Positions 1 to 7,600 of a DNA stretch of 64,000 nucleotides are shown piece by piece. The DNA is taken from assembly GCA_963676915.2 (NCBI GenBank), contig CAXXVK010000011.1:64001-128000 (forward strand), written 5' to 3'. The DNA is from Myxococcota bacterium (lineage in GTDB: Bacteria > Myxococcota_A > SURF-8 > G963663525). Within the stretch, counting starts at the first letter, position 1. The number at the start of each line of letters is the position of its first letter. The notes under the pieces are model-generated. The model did no database searches and was not told where the DNA came from. It saw only the letters and a program-made list of their open reading frames with translations. The position numbers and the translations under genes were made by a program.

Positions 1-40
1 TTTCGCGTCATTTCGCAAACAAATATTTTTGATCGTCAGT

Positions 41-1552
41 TTACAGTGAGGTGCCATCGCTTTCGACTCGGTACGCCTCGACGATGGCTTGGTCGGCGAT
101 GTCGTAAATCAGGAAATCCATAGGATCATCGTACCCAAGGATTAACCGGGTGCGGTCCGGTAGGATGCCGATCCGATTGGGATTGCAGCTAATACGTCCG
201 GGGAGCCAGAAAAGACAATCCACGGGTACGAAATCGAGGGTTGCGGCTTCGGCATCGAGCAGGTACAGGCCGTCATCGGCAAGATACGTGATTTCGTTGG
301 TGGTTCCCATTACGTATTTCGACAGACTCAAGTTCGGTCCATCGACTTTCGACAGGATTTTCGTTTCGGCATCTACCACCCATATTCCTGTTTCGATGGA
401 TTCCTTCGAGTAAATCAGCACCGAACGGCTGTCCGGTGTGATCGTGTATAGCGGCAAAATCTCCCCAAGGTTCACGATGTCGGTATGGCGGGTTTCCGGG
501 TAGAGGAACATCAGGCTGTAAAGGGTATCGGTCAAGATTCCGGTCATGTCATTCAATGTGTTCTTACGTCCGAAAGCCAGGGCGTATTCGCCGGAGGGTG
601 CAAAATCCACCGGACCGAAACCAGGGACGGTTTCGATGTAACTGTGACTCTCCAGGTTAATTATCGAGACGGGGTCGGCACCGGAAAAGCTTGAATGGCA
701 CCAGGTCGGTGCAAGCATTCCCAAAGCGCCATCGGGGGAAATTTCTATGGAAGCGGCACAGTTTGGAACAAGTAGTTTTTTGATTTTCTTCGGATTTTTG
801 CTTGAGAAGAAAGAAAGCTTCGAACCAATGCGTGCACTGTCCTGATCGCTTACAGGAAAACATTTCCACTCGTCCCCGTCGAACGGGTAATGATGCACCA
901 CCACCCATTCAGAGGTAGCTGCACTCCAGACGAAATCATAAATGTAATCGGAAAATTCATAGGTTTGCGACTCGAAGGTTTCCATATCGACCCGCACGCT
1001 CGTATCTCGTTCGCCCCAACAGATGACTTCCGTGCCGCTTTCATTGATGGACAGGTAGCTGTCACGCACGGGGACTACGTATTTTTTCAACACGGACCCG
1101 CTTGGCAGATCGACGATTGTCAGGACGTTTTGATCGCCGTCGTTGCAATTTGCGTAGATGCTATCGTCCATCGTGATCCAGGAGCCATTGCTTTCGAACA
1201 TGCAGGCTGGCCAGGAGAGGAAAATCGCCCGGTTGTCTTTGGTAAAAGCTACCCGCTGGGGATGCAAAGGGATATCGAGCCAATGGCCTGTTCCGTCTTG
1301 AAGATCCAGGGCGTAGGTTTTGGTATCGCTGGTTACGAAGATCACGAAGCGACCTTCATTGTCGATTACAACCTGTTCGTCCAGCAATTGGCCGCGCACG
1401 GCGTTTCCCGGAGCGACTTCGTTTTCGTTGCGTCCAGCTTGATTCCAGTCGTCCTCGCGCCAGTCGATTTCTCCGCAGCCGATTCCTGTCAGAGACAGTG
1501 CGCCCAGACACCAAAGCAATAGTAGAGGAACAGCGTATTTGAAAGAAGACAT
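41..1552 (-). CDS. Lipoprotein, YncE/beta-propeller-like (paralog A1 of tandem pair)
   Basis: Start moved to MSSFKYAV (AGGAG RBS upstream). Signal peptide ends LTGIGC. Repeated S/T-P-D-G turn motifs typical of propellers. Clear paralog of 3402..4886. Confidence 0.75.
   Translation of the reverse strand: MSSFKYAVPLLLLWCLGALSLTGIGCGEIDWREDDWNQAGRNENEVAPGNAVRGQLLDEQVVIDNEGRFVIFVTSDTKTYALDLQDGTGHWLDIPLHPQRVAFTKDNRAIFLSWPACMFESNGSWITMDDSIYANCNDGDQNVLTIVDLPSGSVLKKYVVPVRDSYLSINESGTEVICWGERDTSVRVDMETFESQTYEFSDYIYDFVWSAATSEWVVVHHYPFDGDEWKCFPVSDQDSARIGSKLSFFSSKNPKKIKKLLVPNCAASIEISPDGALGMLAPTWCHSSFSGADPVSIINLESHSYIETVPGFGPVDFAPSGEYALAFGRKNTLNDMTGILTDTLYSLMFLYPETRHTDIVNLGEILPLYTITPDSRSVLIYSKESIETGIWVVDAETKILSKVDGPNLSLSKYVMGTTNEITYLADDGLYLLDAEAATLDFVPVDCLFWLPGRISCNPNRIGILPDRTRLILGYDDPMDFLIYDIADQAIVEAYRVESDGTSL
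60..760. repeat. Highly similar DNA block shared with ~3451-4180 (3' halves of paralogs A1 and A2)
   Basis: Long identical runs, e.g. ccggtcatgtcattcaatgtgttcttacgtccgaaagccagggcgtattcgccggagggtgcaaaatccac at ~540 and ~3931. Confidence 0.9.
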
Positions 1553-1565
1553 GGTTCTTCTCCTA

Positions 1566-3224
1566 TTAGTGAAGCTCGAAACGGGTTGTAACTTCTTGGG
1601 TTTCTGTGTCGTAGACCAAGACGCTTCGTGTGTTTGCGAAGCCCAATAGCAGGTATTTTCCACCGCTGACGCCGAACAGCATTCTCAAATCCCTGATCGT
1701 GAATTCTTCACCTAGCCACGATCCGACATCGATGGAAACCATTTCCTGAGTATTTTCCACAAGGTCGAAGCGTTTCAGGCCAACGGCGTCGCCACCGATG
1801 TACAATTCGTCTCCTTCTGTAGAAAACGCTCGATAGGAATTGACCGACGATACGCCGAGAGAGTTCCACTCACCCGTTTCCAGGTTGTAGACAACCAGGC
1901 CACCATCATCTTCGGGATATGCCAACAGTCGTTTGGAGTCGGGAGAAAAACGCTCCGGGATCATCGGTTCATCGGTCGGGATTTCTTCGCTTTGGAAGGA
2001 TTCCAAGTCCAGTAATAACCAGGAGGCGTTTTCCTCGTCCCCATCTTCTGCGAGCAGGACGAGGCGTTTTCCATCGGGACTCATTTCAAAATGACTTGTT
2101 TCCGGGTAGCGGTCGATGACTTCCATCGTTTCGAAATCGATCAGGCAGCTTGGGAAGGATGTTTTTTGGTAATAGGTATGCAATAAGGCAAGAGAAGATT
2201 GCGGGATGTGGGTGCCGAAAGTCGGGCAACCTTGTGCGTCTAGCACGGCTTCCGGCGTTAGAGTGTCGCCCGAAAAGCGAATGAACGTTGGATCGACCTG
2301 TATGGGATCTTCATCCGGTCGTTCCTCTTCGAGAGTGAACATAAATAGGAATTTTTCGGCGTTTTCCCAGAAGACGTAAAATGGACGATAATAGTTCGAG
2401 TTGGTGGAAGCATTCAAGAAAGAGGTGGCGACCTCTTCTCCGAGCGTTTCCGAAAGCTTTTCGTACAGAGGAATCGTGGCGATTTCCGTTAATTCGTTGT
2501 TTAGAATCGACAACGTACCCGAACCATCGCTCCAGTTTTCCAAATCCGCCATGATCAGCTTGGTCTCTTCGGGGAACGGGACGAACCGTTTGGTTTTACA
2601 AGGATATTCTGCGGGGTCGATCAAGGTCTTTTCGGATTCGTAAGAAATGAGCGCGACTTGATCGTCTTCCCAGTACAATACTTTGTCTTCATACGGACGA
2701 ATGTTGGTCGGTACATGATACACCGAGTTGGCATCGACGGTTCGATTTCCAAAGGTATGTACGTAGTCATGTCGAAAAAGGAAAAGACTTAAATTGTCGT
2801 TTGTATCGTTGGGCAGGACAATCTTTCTGCTGATATTCCAAGTTTCGGTATCGACCGCCCAAAGTGTGTTCATCCAGCTTTCAGTCTGGTCTTTTCCCTG
2901 GAAAAGGATGTATTTTCCATAGTCGTGTAATTTGTAGTATTCGTAGAATGTAAAAAATCCGGAATCTGAATCTGTTGAATCACTGTCCCCGTCCGGTGCA
3001 ACCATCGTTACATCGCCATCGCCGACTATAGAATGCGTCCATGGGCTATCGGGGGCGGTCCAGGGATAGAGGCAAGAACCTTCGGTGTACCTTCCAGGGT
3101 TATAAACATAACCCTCGTCGCTATCTGTCGAGAAATCTATGCAAGATACGGGAAGTAAGCTGATAACCAGGACGAGCCAGGGAAAAGAATACGGGAAATG
3201 ATTTTTGTCTCGTTTCAGGCACAT
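1566..3224 (-). CDS. Lipoprotein, beta-propeller-like (paralog B1)
   Basis: Probable start MCLKRDK after GAGGA. Lipobox LPVSC, SPDGKRL and FSPDSKRL propeller motifs. Paralog of 4899..6491. Confidence 0.75.
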   Translation of the reverse strand: MCLKRDKNHFPYSFPWLVLVISLLPVSCIDFSTDSDEGYVYNPGRYTEGSCLYPWTAPDSPWTHSIVGDGDVTMVAPDGDSDSTDSDSGFFTFYEYYKLHDYGKYILFQGKDQTESWMNTLWAVDTETWNISRKIVLPNDTNDNLSLFLFRHDYVHTFGNRTVDANSVYHVPTNIRPYEDKVLYWEDDQVALISYESEKTLIDPAEYPCKTKRFVPFPEETKLIMADLENWSDGSGTLSILNNELTEIATIPLYEKLSETLGEEVATSFLNASTNSNYYRPFYVFWENAEKFLFMFTLEEERPDEDPIQVDPTFIRFSGDTLTPEAVLDAQGCPTFGTHIPQSSLALLHTYYQKTSFPSCLIDFETMEVIDRYPETSHFEMSPDGKRLVLLAEDGDEENASWLLLDLESFQSEEIPTDEPMIPERFSPDSKRLLAYPEDDGGLVVYNLETGEWNSLGVSSVNSYRAFSTEGDELYIGGDAVGLKRFDLVENTQEMVSIDVGSWLGEEFTIRDLRMLFGVSGGKYLLLGFANTRSVLVYDTETQEVTTRFELH

Positions 3225-3266
3225 GATCATCCTCACATGAAAAAGCACGATTGCTTGACATGTCCC

Positions 3267-3306
3267 AAAATCCTCTGAAAGGATTCATCTTGGATTCACT
3301 GTGCCC
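3267..3306. promoter_or_regulatory. Conserved upstream motif with palindrome AATCC-N7-GGATT (copy 1)
   Basis: aaaatcctctgaaaggatt...gattca...tgccc here matches aaaatcctctaatcggatttt...gattca...tgccc at 6535-6572. Both lie ~45 nt upstream of paralogous B genes. Confidence 0.55.
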
Positions 3307-3401
3307 TGGCTGTTTGAAACAGTGTATTCGAAATTGGAGGCGAGTTCAATCTTTTCTGAGGATAAAGTTTGTTTTGGATAAGAGGTTTCATGCAAAGCTT
3401 C

Positions 3402-4886
3402 TTATCTGCTGTATGACGACGCTTCCCCTGTTTCCAATGATGTGTCGTCACTTTCCACTCGATACGCTTCGATGATGGCTTGGTCGGCGATGTCGTAGAC
3501 GAGGAAATCCATGGGATTATCGTACCCGAGAACCAGCCGGGTGCGGTCCGGTAAGATGCCGATCCGATTGGGATTGCAGTTTGTACGGTTGGGGAACCAG
3601 GACAGACAATCCACGGGCACAAATTCGAGAGTTGCAACTTGGGCGTCGAGCAGGTACAAGCCGTCATCGGCAAGATACGTGATTTCGTTGGTGGTTCCCA
3701 TGACGTATTTCGACAGACTCAAGTTGGGACCATCGACTTTCGACAGAATTTTCGTTTCGGCGTCTACCACCCAGATTCCCGTTTCGACGGATTCCTTCGA
3801 GTAAATCAGCACCGAATGGCTGTCCGGTGTGATCGTGTACAGCGGCAGGATTGCTCCGAGGTTCACGATGTCGGTATGTCGGGTTTCCGGGTAGAGGAAC
3901 ATCAGGCTGTAGAGACTATCGGTCAAAATTCCGGTCATGTCATTCAATGTGTTCTTACGTCCGAAAGCCAGGGCGTATTCGCCGGAGGGTGCAAAATCCA
4001 CAGGACCGAAACCTGGGATGGTTTCGATGTAGCGGTGATTCTTCAAGTCGATCATCGAGACGGGATCGGGAAGTGAGGCAGGATTGGTGAAAGAAGTATA
4101 ATCAGGATGACACCAAGTAGGTGCGAGCATTCCCAAGCTGCCATCGGGGGAAATTTCCATGGAAGCGGCACAGTTGGGAACAAGCACTTCTTTGATTTTG
4201 TTCGGGCTTTTACTCGAGAAAAAGGAGATTTTCGAGCCAAGGCGCGACTCGTCACGGTCTACTTTATCGAATTTTTTCCAATCGGAATCTTCGAACGGTG
4301 CGTGATGCACGACGAGCCATTCCGAACGGATCGGATTCCAGCGAATGTCCCAGATGTATTCGTCGAACGCTAAGGAAGTCATTTTTTCTGATTCCAGGTC
4401 AATCAGCACTGCCGTGAACTCTTCTCCCCAGCAAATCAACTTGTCCCGCTTATCGTTTACGGAGAGATATTTATGTTGCTGACTTATTGGGATCTTTCTT
4501 AAAAGATTTCCGTCTTCCAGATCGACTATCGCCAGGTAATTGCCGCTCTCGGTAAAAACAGCCCGGTTGTCCATGCCAAATGCCACCCGTCGGGGATTGA
4601 TGGAAACGTTTAGCCGTTTAGCCGTCCCGTTTTCCAGATCCAGTGCATAGGTTTTTCCCTCGTCGGTTGCGGCGACCGCGAATCGTCCTTCATCGTCGAT
4701 GACAACCTGCCCATCGAGAAGCTGGCCCCGTTGACCGCTTCCTGGGCTGATTTCGTTTTCGTTGCGTCCTCCCTGGTTCCAGTCATCCTCGCGCCAATCC
4801 AGTTCCCCGCATCCAAACGAAACGGTTGAAAACGAACTCAAAACGAAAAGCAACAAGCATGGAACGATATATTTTATGGGAAACAT
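3402..4886 (-). CDS. Lipoprotein, YncE/beta-propeller-like (paralog A2)
   Basis: 494-aa ORF with AAGGAGG RBS and lipobox VSFGC. Mature N-terminus CGELDWREDDWNQ is nearly identical to A1. Confidence 0.8.
   Translation of the reverse strand: MFPIKYIVPCLLLFVLSSFSTVSFGCGELDWREDDWNQGGRNENEISPGSGQRGQLLDGQVVIDDEGRFAVAATDEGKTYALDLENGTAKRLNVSINPRRVAFGMDNRAVFTESGNYLAIVDLEDGNLLRKIPISQQHKYLSVNDKRDKLICWGEEFTAVLIDLESEKMTSLAFDEYIWDIRWNPIRSEWLVVHHAPFEDSDWKKFDKVDRDESRLGSKISFFSSKSPNKIKEVLVPNCAASMEISPDGSLGMLAPTWCHPDYTSFTNPASLPDPVSMIDLKNHRYIETIPGFGPVDFAPSGEYALAFGRKNTLNDMTGILTDSLYSLMFLYPETRHTDIVNLGAILPLYTITPDSHSVLIYSKESVETGIWVVDAETKILSKVDGPNLSLSKYVMGTTNEITYLADDGLYLLDAQVATLEFVPVDCLSWFPNRTNCNPNRIGILPDRTRLVLGYDNPMDFLVYDIADQAIIEAYRVESDDTSLETGEASSYSR
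3451..4180. repeat. Second copy of block shared with ~60-760
   Basis: Direct visual alignment with 60-760. Confidence 0.9.
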
Positions 4887-4898
4887 GGGCTTCCTCCT

Positions 4899-6491
4899 TT
4901 AGGGCAACTCGAAGCTTGTTACGATTTCCTGGCTCTCCGTGTCGAACACCAATAGGTTCCAGGTGTTTTCGAAGCCGAGAAGAAGAAATTTCCCCTCATT
5001 GACACCGAACAGCAAGTTCGGCTGATTACCGGAAAACTCCTCGCCAAGCCACGGTGCAACATCGAGGGAAACCGTTTCCTCCGTATTTTTCACCAGATCG
5101 TATCGTTTCAATCCAAATTTGTCGTTGAGCAGATACAATTCATTTCCATCTGAGGTAAACGCGAATTCGGAAGCACTGGACGGAAGGTATATGTTGTTCC
5201 ATTCTTTTGTCTCGAAATTGTAAACTTTGTATATCGTTGGAAAATTACTGTTTGGCCGCGCCAACAGCCGCTTGCCATCGGGAGAGAACTGCGAGGGTAC
5301 CAATGGGAAATCCGTTGGGATTTCTTCGGTTTGAAGAGTTTCGAAATCCAAATACTGCCAACGAGAGGGATACGAGTACTCCACTTCGTCGGATTCTTCT
5401 TTATCCGAGGACTCTTCTTCGAACACTTCGAGAAGGACGAGCCGTCGGCCGTTGGGTGCTACCGCAAGATGCTGTGTTGCCGGCAAGCGGCTGACGACCT
5501 CCATCGCGTCGAAATCGATCAGACAACTGGAATAAGGTGTTTTTTTATCCGGTGTACTTAGCAACGCATACGAAGAGTTGGGAATGTAGGTGCCGAAAGA
5601 CGGGCAGTTTTCTGCAGTTAATATCGCTTCAGGTTCAAGAGGATCACCTGAAAAACGGATAAACGTTGGGTTTGCAAAGTCTACAAACCAGTTCGTAATA
5701 TCCGGATTATATACATGAGCATAAGAGAAGATAAACGTTTCCTCATTTAGCCAGAAAAAATCATAGGGATAGAAAGTTCCAATTGATATACTTGCTTCGG
5801 TGAATGAATCTGCCGTTTCTTGTCCAAAAGTATCCAAAATGGTGTCGTAGAGAGAAATGTTATATTTCTCTTTCAGATTTTCATCGAGAATTGCCAGCTT
5901 CCCTGAGCCATCTTCCCAGTTTTCGAAATCCACCATCACTACGTTCGGTGTGTCGGGAAAAGGAATGAACTGTCGATAACCACAGGGGTAGTTCGTGGGT
6001 TCGATCAAGGTTTGATCAGCATTGTATGAAAGCAGAGAAAAATTGTTTCCACTACAAATCATCAATCGGTTTTTGTAGGGGAGATTATTGTTCCATGGGT
6101 TGTACGAATGATCTCCGAATGTTCGAATGAGGTCGTTGGAAGCTTTCGAGATGGCGAAATAAATTGTGTTTGCAGAAAATACGAAGTTTCTGGTTCTCCA
6201 GTTTTCAGTATCGACCGCCCAAAGAACCTGCTTGGTATTGTCTTTGATCTCTTTTCTTCCCAGGAAGAGAACATATCGGCCATAATCGTACAGTTTGTCG
6301 TAAAAGACGTTTCCTTCTTCCTTCGATGCTTCCATCGTTGCCGTGTTTTCGTCACCGGATAACGAATGCGTCCATGGGATGTCTTTTTCGTAAGAATCGT
6401 CTACGCAACCCCAGAGGATTTGTCCGCTGAGGAGGACTCCAAGAATCAGGAGAAATATGCAAGTTTTCTTATCCTTTGTTTTTAGGCGCAT
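4899..6491 (-). CDS. Lipoprotein, beta-propeller-like (paralog B2)
   Basis: Probable start MRLKTK after GAGGA. Lipobox LWGC. Shares PWTHS, DxENWxDGSG, PTFIRFSGD and WLGEEF motifs with B1. Confidence 0.75.
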   Translation of the reverse strand: MRLKTKDKKTCIFLLILGVLLSGQILWGCVDDSYEKDIPWTHSLSGDENTATMEASKEEGNVFYDKLYDYGRYVLFLGRKEIKDNTKQVLWAVDTENWRTRNFVFSANTIYFAISKASNDLIRTFGDHSYNPWNNNLPYKNRLMICSGNNFSLLSYNADQTLIEPTNYPCGYRQFIPFPDTPNVVMVDFENWEDGSGKLAILDENLKEKYNISLYDTILDTFGQETADSFTEASISIGTFYPYDFFWLNEETFIFSYAHVYNPDITNWFVDFANPTFIRFSGDPLEPEAILTAENCPSFGTYIPNSSYALLSTPDKKTPYSSCLIDFDAMEVVSRLPATQHLAVAPNGRRLVLLEVFEEESSDKEESDEVEYSYPSRWQYLDFETLQTEEIPTDFPLVPSQFSPDGKRLLARPNSNFPTIYKVYNFETKEWNNIYLPSSASEFAFTSDGNELYLLNDKFGLKRYDLVKNTEETVSLDVAPWLGEEFSGNQPNLLFGVNEGKFLLLGFENTWNLLVFDTESQEIVTSFELP

Positions 6492-6534
6492 TTCATCCTC
6501 ACATACGATGCACATGAATGGTCATCACGTTACG

Positions 6535-6572
6535 AAAATCCTCTAATCGGATTTTTCTGATTCATTTTGCCC
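6535..6572. promoter_or_regulatory. Conserved upstream motif with palindrome AAAATCC-N7-GGATTTT (copy 2)
   Basis: Perfect 7-bp inverted repeat. Homologous to 3267-3306. Confidence 0.55.
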
Positions 6573-6678
6573 GGACACTCTATAAGTGGTTCGAGCCAAC
6601 GAAACCTTTTCTGTTTTTAACGAAAAAAATGGTTTTAAAAAGCACCTGGATTTCTAAGAGTTACAGAAATCTCTTTGG

Positions 6679-7593
6679 TTACGGCAGGTTACCTCGTTGG
6701 GATAGGTAAATCAATTCCCGTTCCAGATCGACTCCGAAGCGTTCCTTTACTTTACACCGGACTTCTTCGACGAGTCGCCGGATGTCTTCGGCTGTGGCGT
6801 TTTGATCGTTGATGATGAAATTGTGATGCTTGGTACTGACCGCCGCCCCACCGATGCGCAAACCGCCTAATTCGGCAGCTTCGATCAGTCGTCCCGCATA
6901 GTCGCCCTCGGGACGCTTGAATACGGAACCACAGTTGGGGAATTCCATGGGGTACTTCGAACGGCGCTTTTTCTTGACGGCCTCCATCGACGCAAGCAGT
7001 TCCTCGGGCGGCTGGCGCTCGGAAACATGGAACCTCGCTCGCAGCACCACACCCCATTCGAGTTTGAACAGGCTCGTTCGGTAACCCATGTGCAGGGATT
7101 CGCGAGGCAGTTGGTGCAGATTTCCTTTCGAATCTAAAAAGGTTACATCCAACAAACGATCGGCGATGGATGCATCCATGGCGGCGTTTTGCACGATGGC
7201 CCCGCCGATGGTTCCGGGAATGTCGTACAGAAAGCCGAAACCGGGAACACCGTTCGAGGCGGCGAAGTGGGCAAAGGTTTCATCGGAACAAGCCGCCGGA
7301 ACGTCGAGCACGTCGCCATCGAGCGTAGGTCGGGAACTGTGATCCACGATCCGCAATACGAGTCCTTCGATGCCTTCGTCCGGGACGAGCACGTTGGAAC
7401 CAAGACCGAGAATCGTCAAAGGAATCGAATGTTTGTGGCACTGTTGCACGAGCCGGAGGATGTCTTCTTCTCGTCCGGTTTCCACAAAGGCTTCCGCCGG
7501 ACCACCAATGCGGTAGGTTGTATAAGGTGCCAAGGCGACGTTCGTTCGGAGGTCGAACGCATCTCCCAAATAATTTTGTATCGTCGATGTCAT
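6679..7593 (-). CDS. murB: UDP-N-acetylmuramate dehydrogenase
   Basis: TTYRIGGPA, GLGSNVLV, IPGTIGGA, GYRTSLF, PNCGSVFKRP, VSTKHHNFIIN and LERE motifs. Confidence 0.93.
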   Translation of the reverse strand: MTSTIQNYLGDAFDLRTNVALAPYTTYRIGGPAEAFVETGREEDILRLVQQCHKHSIPLTILGLGSNVLVPDEGIEGLVLRIVDHSSRPTLDGDVLDVPAACSDETFAHFAASNGVPGFGFLYDIPGTIGGAIVQNAAMDASIADRLLDVTFLDSKGNLHQLPRESLHMGYRTSLFKLEWGVVLRARFHVSERQPPEELLASMEAVKKKRRSKYPMEFPNCGSVFKRPEGDYAGRLIEAAELGGLRIGGAAVSTKHHNFIINDQNATAEDIRRLVEEVRCKVKERFGVDLERELIYLSQRGNLP

Positions 7594-7600
7594 TTTGGTT

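Noticed and set aside
41-4886. Diversity-generating retroelement TR/VR pair
   Set aside because: Both copies lie in full-length genes, the differences do not look adenine-specific, and no reverse transcriptase is in the window.
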